64,000 nucleotides of DNA from a virus. Location of the stretch: positions 4,790 through 68,789 of the IMG/VR virus record IMGVR_UViG_3300017917_000529; one strand, written 5' to 3'. A program made the position numbers and the translations under genes. The first letter of the stretch is position 1; every line of letters begins with the position of its first letter. Under the pieces are notes generated by a model that was given only the letters and a program-made list of their open reading frames with translations, ran no database searches and was not told where the DNA came from. Positions 50,621 through 59,292 of this stretch are shown here, one piece after another.

Positions 50621-52210
50621 TTATGCTAACAAAGTTCCAACAACTGTAACTGTGCTGTTATTATTTGCTGTTGTTGCTAATAAGCGAACATTTCCAGAGT
50701 TAATATCTGCACTAATTGATGCTGCTGAACCATTTGTTCCAACAATTGCATATTCTGTGATTGCAATGTTGTCTGATGTATCAAGAGTTAATAAAACTTT
50801 TGAAACTTCAGTGTGTGTTGAGTAAGCAACCTTAACCAAAAATTCTGCTGATCTGTAATCTGCTTTTGGCCAAGAGAATGCTGTTTGAACTCCTGCTGTA
50901 GGTGCACTCAATGTTGCTGCAACTACTTTTGCAAGACTATCAATCTCTACTTCTGTAAAATTAGGAACAACTGCTTCTAAAGCATCTACTGCACGTTGGT
51001 CAGTAAAGTATAGATTGGTTGTACCTTCTGCTAAATCATCAGTATCTGAGTCAGCAACACCGTTTTCTGCGGTAATTACCAATCCTGCAGAGTTACCTGT
51101 GATTGTAATATTTGTTAATGTTGCATTTGTCAACAAATCTGCTGCAGAAGACTTAGCACGAGCATCTGTGAAGTATTCGTTGCTTGTTCCTTCTTCAATA
51201 TCATCTGTTGTTAATGCTCCAATTTCTGTATCTGTGTAAGATACTGCGTTAGAGTATGCATTTGCTGCTGCTCCTGCTGCGTCATAGTTTGTTGCCAAAC
51301 CATCTGCATAAGATTGTGCGTTTGATAAAGCATTTGCTGCTGCTGAATCTGCATAATCTTCAGCGTCTGCTAAGGCATTTGCTGCAGATCCTAGTGGATC
51401 ATAACTTCCAGTAAAGGAAATTGTATTTCCTGTAATGCTAATATCTGTTCCTGCTGTTAATGCATTTTGTTTTTCTGCAATTAAATTAGTTACAGTTCCA
51501 ACAAAGTTTGCATCATCACCAATTGCTGCTGCAATTTCATTAAGTGTATCTAATAATGCTGGTGCACTATCTACTAACGCTGCAATTGCATTATCTGTAT
51601 AATCTTCTGAATAAGATATTGCATTTGAGTAAGCATTTGCTGCTAAACCTGCTGCATCGTAATTAATTGCTAATCCATCTGCGTAATTTTCTGCTGCTGA
51701 TTGAGCATTTGCTGCTGCACTATCTGCATAAGATTGTGCGTTTGATAAAGCATTTGCTGCTGCACTATCTGCATAAGATTGTGCGTTTGATAAAGCGTTT
51801 GCTGTTGCACTATCTGCATAATCTTCTGCATCTGCTAAAGCGTTTGCAGCAGAACCTGCTGGATCGTACATACCAGAAAGTGCATCTTGTGCTCTTTGAT
51901 TTGTAAAATATTTATTTGTTGTACCTTCATCTAAATCATCTGTATCGAAGTTTGAGATGTCTGATACTTGACCAGTTACATCACCAACAAGATCTGCTGT
52001 GATTACGTTTGCAGAAAAGTTTGCACTTCCGTCACGTAATACAACAGTGTTTGCTGTTGCGTTTGCGGTTGCTGATCCACCAATAAGACCAATAATATAA
52101 TTTTGGTCATCTTGCTTCTTTGTAAGAACGTCGTAGCCACCAATGGTACCTGTGGAACCTTCAACGACCAGACCATTCTTAATCTTGAAGTTCTTTGCTA
52201 TTGTTGCCAT
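50621..52210 (-). CDS. long coiled-coil fibre protein with internal repeats
   Basis: Three TDDLxEGTxNxYFT motifs; multiple SAAANALSNAQSYAD repeats; APALLDTLNEIAAAIGDD. Confidence 0.75.
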   Translation of the reverse strand: MATIAKNFKIKNGLVVEGSTGTIGGYDVLTKKQDDQNYIIGLIGGSATANATANTVVLRDGSANFSANVITADLVGDVTGQVSDISNFDTDDLDEGTTNKYFTNQRAQDALSGMYDPAGSAANALADAEDYADSATANALSNAQSYADSAAANALSNAQSYADSAAANAQSAAENYADGLAINYDAAGLAANAYSNAISYSEDYTDNAIAALVDSAPALLDTLNEIAAAIGDDANFVGTVTNLIAEKQNALTAGTDISITGNTISFTGSYDPLGSAANALADAEDYADSAAANALSNAQSYADGLATNYDAAGAAANAYSNAVSYTDTEIGALTTDDIEEGTSNEYFTDARAKSSAADLLTNATLTNITITGNSAGLVITAENGVADSDTDDLAEGTTNLYFTDQRAVDALEAVVPNFTEVEIDSLAKVVAATLSAPTAGVQTAFSWPKADYRSAEFLVKVAYSTHTEVSKVLLTLDTSDNIAITEYAIVGTNGSAASISADINSGNVRLLATTANNNSTVTVVGTLLA

Positions 52211-52223
52211 CTATATCTTCTCC

Positions 52224-52670
52224 TTATGCCTTAAGTCCTATACGTGCGTAACGTACAGTGACTGGCTTTATAATTGCGTCTGGTGTTACAGTTAAAGCAA
52301 CTGTATCTCCAGCCCTTGAGACGCTTATGGTGCCAATATTCCCATCATTGTCTATCGTTCCGTATTCGCTAACGTTTATATTTGTTCCGTCAACTAATAT
52401 GGTTAACTCTGTTGCGTAAAAGTAATTATCTCCTTGCGTGGTTTTTGCAATAGAAATTATGTACTTTACCATTCTCCACTCTGCTGCACTAAAACTATCA
52501 ATTACTGTAACATTTTCAATTCCTGTAATAGTGTTGTCATTATTTCCAAATGTTCCCAGTCTAGTAGCCTGAGCAGCCGTGGTATCAATTAAATCTTCGT
52601 AATCCTGTTGAGATGGCCTATCGCCTGTCTCGTATCTGGATTTTACTGTTGAAATGGATACTTGTGCCAT
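52224..52670 (-). CDS. virion protein sharing the C-terminal domain of the adjacent fibre
   Basis: ETGDRPSQQDYEDLIDT; C-terminal VSEYGTI vs ITEYAIV in 50621..52210; leaderless start at 52670. Confidence 0.6.
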   Translation of the reverse strand: MAQVSISTVKSRYETGDRPSQQDYEDLIDTTAAQATRLGTFGNNDNTITGIENVTVIDSFSAAEWRMVKYIISIAKTTQGDNYFYATELTILVDGTNINVSEYGTIDNDGNIGTISVSRAGDTVALTVTPDAIIKPVTVRYARIGLKA

Positions 52671-52707
52671 GTTTAGATTATAACACATTTTTAACTAAAA
52701 AATGTTA

Positions 52708-53433
52708 TTATCTAAATATATAACTTCCTATATGAACTACTTTAACATAAGGTGCAACGTATACTGTTCCACCAAGTTCTCTCCAAAGTGTACAAAAAAA
52801 ATAATCTTCAGATAAAAGTCTTTCTTCTTTAGGATCTACCTGTGTTTTCCAAAAATCATGTATATACTCACCTTTTTTAATTCCACCTAAATCTAATTGA
52901 TCGCTTTTATATTTTCCAACATGTTCTTTCATCTTTTCAAAAACATTACGTTTAATCAACATCATTCCAGTTCCAACATTTTTTACTTTTAAAAGTTGTT
53001 TTGGGTTTTCTGCAACCTGTTTTAAGTCTTCTGAATTTATTAAATTTATATTTACGTAAGCACCATATCTACTTAGATCTTCTTTTTTTGATTCTGCTGC
53101 TTTTTGAATATTTTTCCAATTAATTGCTTTCATTGGAACGGCAGCACCAACTAAATCAACATCCTCTTTTATCATTTCTATAACATGATCAGAGTTAAAC
53201 CCTTCATCCCCATCTACAAACAATAAATAATCACAATCAGATCTTAAGAATATTTCAGTCAATGTATTTCTTGCCCTATTTATAAGTGATTCATTATACA
53301 AATCATTAAAACTAACCCTATATCCCTGGGTAGTTAATTTTAAAACCAAACTTAATATACTTTTTGTAAACATACCACTACATTGACCACCATACATAGG
53401 GGTTGCTATAAATATTTTTGGTTTTTTATCCAT
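52708..53433 (-). CDS. GT-A fold glycosyltransferase-like protein
   Basis: IATPMYGG, ESLINRARN, LLFVDGD (DxD), GTGMMLIKR, LSEDYFFC, HIG. Confidence 0.75.
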   Translation of the reverse strand: MDKKPKIFIATPMYGGQCSGMFTKSILSLVLKLTTQGYRVSFNDLYNESLINRARNTLTEIFLRSDCDYLLFVDGDEGFNSDHVIEMIKEDVDLVGAAVPMKAINWKNIQKAAESKKEDLSRYGAYVNINLINSEDLKQVAENPKQLLKVKNVGTGMMLIKRNVFEKMKEHVGKYKSDQLDLGGIKKGEYIHDFWKTQVDPKEERLLSEDYFFCTLWRELGGTVYVAPYVKVVHIGSYIFR

Positions 53434-53442
53434 AGGTATATT

Positions 53443-53667
53443 CTACATTATGTAGTTGCTATATCCAATAACTTGTAGTGGGATTGGGGGGACATTATTT
53501 GGACCATACCCAGGAACTTTTATATTAGTAAATCTAATTCTAAATGGAAGCCTGTATTCTATTTCTACCGTTATTGGTTTGTATATAACTTTAGCAGTTT
53601 TTACTTTATCAGTATCAATTGTTTTTACTTTATGCTTTATATCGTCAAAAATTATTGCTGTTGCCAT
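53443..53667 (-). CDS. hypothetical protein
   Basis: Coupled by TAATG; C-terminal PPIPLQVIGYSNYI. Confidence 0.55.
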   Translation of the reverse strand: MATAIIFDDIKHKVKTIDTDKVKTAKVIYKPITVEIEYRLPFRIRFTNIKVPGYGPNNVPPIPLQVIGYSNYIM

Positions 53668-54074
53668 TAGTCAGTTACATCTTCAAGAATTATCATACTA
53701 CCCTGAGCAACTGTCCATACAATTTCTGATGTTGATAATTCTATATCAAATATATCTCCAGTTTCTAATTGAACTGATTCCTCTGCTGTAAGTCCTACTG
53801 TAAATTCTCCTGCTAAATCATCTGCATCTGCCGCAGGTGTTAAAGTTAAGATAACTGTAGCATCATCAGTAATTTTACCTAGGTTTTCAGTACTATTTGG
53901 TCTTTTAATTTTCATAGCAATATCCCAGTCTGGAATATTTAATGGTTGTTCTTCATCATCAGTTACATAAACCTTAAATCCAGAAGTATCTCCACGAACT
54001 ACAGTCCATTCAACTGTTGGTGGTTTTAAACCTACTTCATAAAAAGATTTTGCAGAATTTCTTAAAATTGCCAT
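53667..54074 (-). CDS. BppU-N-like small virion protein
   Basis: WTVVRGDT...FDIEL...WTVAQG...EDVT; paralogue of 58062 and 59292 ORFs. Confidence 0.55.
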   Translation of the reverse strand: MAILRNSAKSFYEVGLKPPTVEWTVVRGDTSGFKVYVTDDEEQPLNIPDWDIAMKIKRPNSTENLGKITDDATVILTLTPAADADDLAGEFTVGLTAEESVQLETGDIFDIELSTSEIVWTVAQGSMIILEDVTD

Positions 54075-54106
54075 ATGGTAATTATATCATCTTATTGATT
54101 TTAAGA

Positions 54107-54634
54107 TTATGATAAACCGTTTTTTAATGCTCCCCAGGTACCATTACCTTTAGCAGTAACTACAAGAACTCCATTAGATGCATCTGCATAAGCACAAACT
54201 GCTACTGCACCAGCACCACTGGCTGGTCTAACATTTGTTAATCCTCCACCAGTTTTTACATATAAAATATCACCAGCAACAAATTCAGATGTGTTGACGT
54301 CTGGCAATACTCCAGATACAACACAAATTCCTTGTGAATTATTTGATGTTGTTGATTTTAACAATCCTAATATTGGTGCTGTTGTTGATGGAATTGCTTT
54401 ATCAACGGTAGTTAAATCTTGTTCAGTATTGTGACCATTAATAAATACAGGAGATCCTGCTGCTATTGATCCACCAGATGTATTTATTACATCTAACTTC
54501 ATGTAAGATAATCCAAGTCCAGCAAGAGTGCTATCTAATGAATTTGCTAAAGATGCAATATCTCCGTGAACATTTACACTATCATCAACTTGTGGATAGG
54601 GTAAATTATATATGCTAGATTGTCCTGTTGCCAT
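54107..54634 (-). CDS. putative virion decoration/fibre protein
   Basis: LPYPQ..D..NVHGDI..LA N-terminus; G.PVFI...GD.LYV capsid-fibre-like strands. Confidence 0.5.
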   Translation of the reverse strand: MATGQSSIYNLPYPQVDDSVNVHGDIASLANSLDSTLAGLGLSYMKLDVINTSGGSIAAGSPVFINGHNTEQDLTTVDKAIPSTTAPILGLLKSTTSNNSQGICVVSGVLPDVNTSEFVAGDILYVKTGGGLTNVRPASGAGAVAVCAYADASNGVLVVTAKGNGTWGALKNGLS

Positions 54635-54696
54635 AGAAATATTATATCATTTTAAATAATTTTTTGTATTATCTTACTAAAATATAATACATATAT

Positions 54697-54725
54697 TTGA
54701 CATAAGGGTAAATTAATGTTATACT
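54697..54725 (+). promoter_or_regulatory. consensus sigma70/SigA promoter
   Basis: TTGACA-17 bp-TATACT with extended TG, upstream of the lysozyme-like gene. Confidence 0.85.
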
Positions 54726-54774
54726 TGATATATGACACCAACCAAGGTGTCATGTTTTTCTTAGGAGGAAAACT

Positions 54775-55347
54775 ATGAAAAAAGATAAAACATTTTTAAT
54801 AGGAATACTCGCAAGTGTGGTCGCATTATCAGTTAGTTTTAACATAGCAAATGCTAAGGCTATTGAAAGTACGCCCAAAAAAGAAGATTTTGCAAGATAT
54901 ACCGCTCAAGCGGTTTTTTTGCTTTCTGTAGAGAATAATGATCACTACACAGAAGAAGATATTAAAGTGCTATCTAAGTATGAAGATCATGTTCAATTTA
55001 ATGATTTAGAACTTAAAGAGTTTTTAGGTGCTTGTGGATTTAAGGGTCGTAGACTTATGGAAGCATGGGCTATAGTTAAAAAAGAGTCTATGGGAAACGC
55101 CTTAAGTTTTAATGGTAATTCTAAAACTGGAGATAAATCATATGGATTGTTTCAAATTAATATGATTGGAGACCTTAATGCTGACAGAAAAGAAAAATAT
55201 GATTTAGATTATGCCAGTCAGTTATTAAATCCAGTTATAAATTGTCAAGTTGCATATTTAATGAGTAAAAATGGAGAAAACTGGGGACCTTGGAAGGGTT
55301 TAACTTCTAGAACTAGAGAATTTATGTATAAATTTCCAAAAGATTAA
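54775..55347 (+). CDS. secreted lysozyme-like / lytic transglycosylase protein
   Basis: Signal peptide (..NIANA); KKES catalytic Glu; GDKSYGLFQINM; WGPW; AGGAGG RBS. Confidence 0.8.
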   Translation: MKKDKTFLIGILASVVALSVSFNIANAKAIESTPKKEDFARYTAQAVFLLSVENNDHYTEEDIKVLSKYEDHVQFNDLELKEFLGACGFKGRRLMEAWAIVKKESMGNALSFNGNSKTGDKSYGLFQINMIGDLNADRKEKYDLDYASQLLNPVINCQVAYLMSKNGENWGPWKGLTSRTREFMYKFPKD

Positions 55348-56261
55348 TCTATTGGATAAGCATTATATACAAATAAAGAATCTGCCACTATAAGACCAAA
55401 TGGTTCTCTTATAAAATCATAAACTTTTCTTTTTTCTTGTATAATTTCTATTTTTTCAACATAGTATAATTCACTATCATTTATCTGTTCTTTATTTCTA
55501 ACTATTTGATCATTTTTCTTTAATTCAGATGAAACAATAAAAATTAATTTATTATCTCTTAAAACTAAAATATCTTCTTGAGTAGAAAATCTTTTAAATT
55601 TATCTCCATTAACAATAACTGTTTCAAATACTTCTGTTTCTTTAATATTTTTTATTTCAGCAACAAGATCTTCATATTCAATATTAGTTTCAGAATTCCA
55701 TTCTCTAATACCTTCGTGATTTGTAAGTGGAATATTTTTAAAATATTTAACTATTAACTTATCATCCATTGTTATATCTTTTGCTAAAATATAACCTTTT
55801 TCTGTTAAAACAGGGGTGTCTTGGTCTATACAATATGGAGTAAAACTATATGTTACTGGTGAGAACCCAAATACTCTAAAAGGTGAAAATCCAAAAACGT
55901 TAAATGGAGAAAAACCAAAAACATTAAAAGGAGAAAACCCAAAAACATTAAAAGGAGAAAATCCGAATACTGTAAATGGTGAAAATCCAAATACTCCAAA
56001 TGGCACAAAACTAAATTGTCTAACTGTTAAATCAACTGGGGTTTCATAATCTGCTGGTGTGGTAACTGCTGGAACTTGTTCAACAATTTTTCCATCATTT
56101 TCTAATTCTGTTGGTTCACCAGAAACAGATGTAACAACATTTCCTAGAGTAAAACCTTCTGAAACAACGTCTGATTGAGCCTGTGCACTTGTTCTTCCAA
56201 TAAAGTTAGGAACTAGTTTCATTCCTTTGGCTATAACATATTTGACTAATTTTCCAAACAT
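55344..56261 (-). CDS. PASTA-like domain + (FGFSPFxV) repeats + C-terminal Hint domain
   Basis: VPNFIGRTSAQAQ...GFTLG...GKIVEQVP...VDLTV (PASTA); 7 octapeptide units; Hint from C-IDQDTPVLT to VYDF...FVYN. Confidence 0.8.
   Translation of the reverse strand: MFGKLVKYVIAKGMKLVPNFIGRTSAQAQSDVVSEGFTLGNVVTSVSGEPTELENDGKIVEQVPAVTTPADYETPVDLTVRQFSFVPFGVFGFSPFTVFGFSPFNVFGFSPFNVFGFSPFNVFGFSPFRVFGFSPVTYSFTPYCIDQDTPVLTEKGYILAKDITMDDKLIVKYFKNIPLTNHEGIREWNSETNIEYEDLVAEIKNIKETEVFETVIVNGDKFKRFSTQEDILVLRDNKLIFIVSSELKKNDQIVRNKEQINDSELYYVEKIEIIQEKRKVYDFIREPFGLIVADSLFVYNAYPID
55848..56015 (-). repeat. 24-bp-period coding repeat (FGFSPFxV)
   Basis: FSFVPFGV FGFSPFTV FGFSPFNV FGFSPFNV FGFSPFNV FGFSPFRV FGFSPVTY. 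Confidence 0.95.
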
Positions 56262-56270
56262 TATATTATC

Positions 56271-56921
56271 CTATGCTATCAAATCGCCAACTAGAAGCCA
56301 GGTATTTGTGTCAAACTTAAACAAAGATACACCAGAATATCTTGCTGCAATAGACTTATTTCCATTTTTACTATTCAAAGTAACTCCAGTATCTGGAACA
56401 AATGTAACGGAGCCAGTGTTCATTCTAAAAAAATCTATTTCTGATCCAATTGGAAAAGCAACACTTGAGTTAGGTGGAATAGTTACTGTCCATGTTGTTG
56501 TAGAATCAAATGTTAATGTTTGACCAATATTATCTAAACTTAAATTCCAATTTTGTGTTGGAGCAGTTGTTTGTTTATTAAATGTTACCAATCCGCCATA
56601 AGATATCCATTGACTTCCATTATAAAATTGTAAATCGTTTACTGCTGATCCACCAGAATCTTGTCTAATAAAACATATAGTTCCTCTAACTGGAGAAGAT
56701 AATGCTGAATCTCTTGCTGCAGGATTTAAATAATTGTTTATTCCAGCCTTTGCTGTAATTACTGCATTGATATCTGAAAATGTAACATTGTTTTGAAATT
56801 CATGTGTTCCTGACCAAATATAATTTGATGTAGTGTTTGTATTTCCACCAATTGCATAAAAAGTATCTGTATCTTGATCGTAAACATATGCTACTTTTCC
56901 ATCAGTATTGAATGTTGTCAT
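56271..56921 (-). CDS. short fibre protein with AFPIG...GDL C-terminal domain
   Basis: TVTIPPNSSVAFPIGS...TWLLVGDLIA, paralogous to the C-terminus of 48330..50081. Confidence 0.7.
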   Translation of the reverse strand: MTTFNTDGKVAYVYDQDTDTFYAIGGNTNTTSNYIWSGTHEFQNNVTFSDINAVITAKAGINNYLNPAARDSALSSPVRGTICFIRQDSGGSAVNDLQFYNGSQWISYGGLVTFNKQTTAPTQNWNLSLDNIGQTLTFDSTTTWTVTIPPNSSVAFPIGSEIDFFRMNTGSVTFVPDTGVTLNSKNGNKSIAARYSGVSLFKFDTNTWLLVGDLIA

Positions 56922-57019
56922 GATGCACTAATCCCTATAGCCTTTAATTCTTCTTCTGTTAAACCTAATGCAACTAATTTAGCAATTGCAATTTCTTTTA
57001 AAATAGTATTATCACTCAT
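56918..57019 (-). CDS. 33-aa helical protein (not in ORF track)
   Basis: MSDNTILKEIAIAKLVALGLTEEELKAIGISAS; TAATG and ATGA coupling on both sides. Confidence 0.65.
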   Translation of the reverse strand: MSDNTILKEIAIAKLVALGLTEEELKAIGISAS

Positions 57020-57459
57020 TATGCACCTATCGTATCCCATTCTTCTGTTGCACTATTATATATTTTCATTTCAAGTGGACTTGATCCTTTTACTACCCAC
57101 AATGTTCCATCAGTAGGGTTTGATGGTTCAATTGCTGTATAAATTGCAGTTGGATTACTTGGTGTATTTCCTGGTTCTGAATCAACATCTAACCACAACA
57201 AACCTTCTTGAAGTGTTGTTGGCTGTGTATTTGAAACTATAGATCCAGTTCCCAACGCTTCTAATGCATCTATAGAATCTTGAATATTTTTTAAATGATA
57301 TGCTATGGATGGATTTACTAATGCAGCAGTATTGCTATTTGTTTCATCGTAAGAACTAGATCCGTAATGATATGTTCTAAGGGCAGATTGAATATCTGCG
57401 GCATCCTCATATCCTGGAACCTTAGTAGAATATATATTTCCTATGCTAACATCAGCCAT
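57019..57459 (-). CDS. fibre-associated virion protein
   Basis: AADIQSALRTYHYG; repeated P....G.LW motifs. Confidence 0.55.
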   Translation of the reverse strand: MADVSIGNIYSTKVPGYEDAADIQSALRTYHYGSSSYDETNSNTAALVNPSIAYHLKNIQDSIDALEALGTGSIVSNTQPTTLQEGLLWLDVDSEPGNTPSNPTAIYTAIEPSNPTDGTLWVVKGSSPLEMKIYNSATEEWDTIGA

Positions 57460-57477
57460 TTATCATCACCAACCTCA

Positions 57478-58062
57478 TTATACCACGATAGATATTGCAA
57501 AATGAACTGTTTTCACACCACTTAAATTTTGCCAAGCGGAACCAGTATACTCAATAGCATTAACAGTTACTGGAATTACTTGTAAACCACTTATTGGATC
57601 ATTAATAAATGAACCAATTTCTATAGATGATGAAATTGGATTTTCATTTGGAATATTATAGGTTATATTAAAATTAGCACTTGTTAGAGTTTGAGAAGTT
57701 TCTTCATCAACTATATAACTTACAGGAATATTAAAAACTTTAGATCCATCTACAAAAGTTCCAGTTAATATTTTATTATATTGTATTGGATTTAATTTTA
57801 TTATTGGATACCATTGAAAACCTTCTGCACCATCAGAGTTATATTGGTATATATAAGAATATTCATTATCTGTTTTTAAAACATTTACACAAAGATCTTT
57901 TGCTTTTGGTGTTTGACCTACTAAATTGGTATTTGGATTTCCTACTGAAACGTAAAATAAACTTCCACGTTCTCCCTCTGGTCCAAAATCGACTTCAACA
58001 TTTACAGAACTTGGTCCACTTAAAACTAATAATTCGTCTGTTGTTAAAACTACTTCAGCCAT
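57478..58062 (-). CDS. putative virion protein
   Basis: DFGPEGERGS; position in the fibre block. Confidence 0.5.
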   Translation of the reverse strand: MAEVVLTTDELLVLSGPSSVNVEVDFGPEGERGSLFYVSVGNPNTNLVGQTPKAKDLCVNVLKTDNEYSYIYQYNSDGAEGFQWYPIIKLNPIQYNKILTGTFVDGSKVFNIPVSYIVDEETSQTLTSANFNITYNIPNENPISSSIEIGSFINDPISGLQVIPVTVNAIEYTGSAWQNLSGVKTVHFAISIVV

Positions 58063-58409
58063 TATGCACCTGTTACATCTGCTGTTACTGTTATCGTTCC
58101 TTTAAGAAGAGTGTAAACAAGTTCAGATCCATTTGAAATTTGAACATCATAATAGTATGTTGTACCAGCAACTAATTGTCTTCCTATTGCTGGAAGTATT
58201 TTACATGTAATTTTAGTTTTTGCAGAATCTATAGATGCTGATCCACCTACAGAAAAACTTGGACTTGGGCCAACTGAAGATGCTATAGTAAATGTTGATG
58301 TGTATCCTGTTAAATCAAAGGTATTTCCTGAAGCATCTTTTGGGTAAATAATAAAATCATAGGTATCACCTTCGTAGTAATTAATGTTATATGTGCCTGG
58401 AAATGCCAT
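58062..58409 (-). CDS. BppU-N-like small virion protein
   Basis: YEGDT...FDLTGY...YYYDVQI...LLKGTITVTADVT. Confidence 0.6.
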   Translation of the reverse strand: MAFPGTYNINYYEGDTYDFIIYPKDASGNTFDLTGYTSTFTIASSVGPSPSFSVGGSASIDSAKTKITCKILPAIGRQLVAGTTYYYDVQISNGSELVYTLLKGTITVTADVTGA

Positions 58410-58435
58410 AGATCCTCCTGTTTTATTATATCATG

Positions 58436-59179
58436 TTATGACACTGAGATATACATGCTTTTTAATAAATAAGAGGCATCATAATCTGATTTAATATAAG
58501 CATTACAGTAGTTAAACCACATATCTTTATTTTCAACATAAATGGTTTGATCAAAACTTATATCATATATTCCTTGATATTTAAAATATCCTAATTGACC
58601 AAGGTTTGACTTATCTAATTCTTGATAAACTGTTGCAATCCATACCTCTGTATGATTTACTAATATTTCTAGTTGTATGTTATAGGTAACTTTTACTACA
58701 GAACCAATTTCTAAGCCTCTAAATGTAAAAGATCTTGTTTCTTCGTTATATAAGGCATTACATCCTTTTGGTAAAAAATTATGATTTTTTTTAATACTGT
58801 GTTTGTCAATTAATAATTGATGCCATCCATTTTCTCCTCTATTGGGATTTATTGTATGTATCCTACTAGATGTATTATGATAACTAGCCCATCCAAGTTG
58901 TTGGTTATAGGTAGAACCTAGTCCCTCTTTTCCATCTTTACCATCTTTTCCATCTTTTCCATCAATACCATTTTTTCCATCTTTTCCTTTTGGTCCTGGA
59001 TCACCTTTTGGTCCTTGTGGACCTTCTGGTCCCCTATCACCTTTTGGTCCTACTAAACCTTGTTCTCCTTGAGGTCCTGGTACTGGCAAGAATTGTAGTT
59101 GTGGTTGATTTTCATCTGAATAAATTTTTGGTTTTTCTTTTTCTTGAATAGGAAAACCCATACTTCGTGTTATTGGCAC
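58436..59179 (-). CDS. collagen-like (Gly-X-Y) protein
   Basis: Continuous triplets from GPQGEQGLVGPKGDRGPEGPQGPKGDPGPK to GKDGKE; GGAGG RBS with GTG start. Confidence 0.85.
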   Translation of the reverse strand: MPITRSMGFPIQEKEKPKIYSDENQPQLQFLPVPGPQGEQGLVGPKGDRGPEGPQGPKGDPGPKGKDGKNGIDGKDGKDGKDGKEGLGSTYNQQLGWASYHNTSSRIHTINPNRGENGWHQLLIDKHSIKKNHNFLPKGCNALYNEETRSFTFRGLEIGSVVKVTYNIQLEILVNHTEVWIATVYQELDKSNLGQLGYFKYQGIYDISFDQTIYVENKDMWFNYCNAYIKSDYDASYLLKSMYISVS

Positions 59180-59190
59180 GGAATAACCTC

Positions 59191-59292
59191 CTATTTATTT
59201 ATTTTTATAATTTTAGATTCGCCTTTTGAATCTGTAATTTTTATAACAGAAGGCAAATCGTTTTTTACATTAGAGATTTTTATTACTGGCAT
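59191..59292 (-). CDS. 33-aa basic protein (not in ORF track)
   Basis: MPVIKISNVKNDLPSVIKITDSKGESKIIKINK; TAATG coupling; fills the gap before the next RBS. Confidence 0.55.
   Translation of the reverse strand: MPVIKISNVKNDLPSVIKITDSKGESKIIKINK

Noticed and set aside
55816-56049. Plus-strand ORF with GENPKTLK repeats (and alternate-frame ORF 47521..47760)
   Set aside because: These are shadows of the FGFSPF repeat, with no independent start signals
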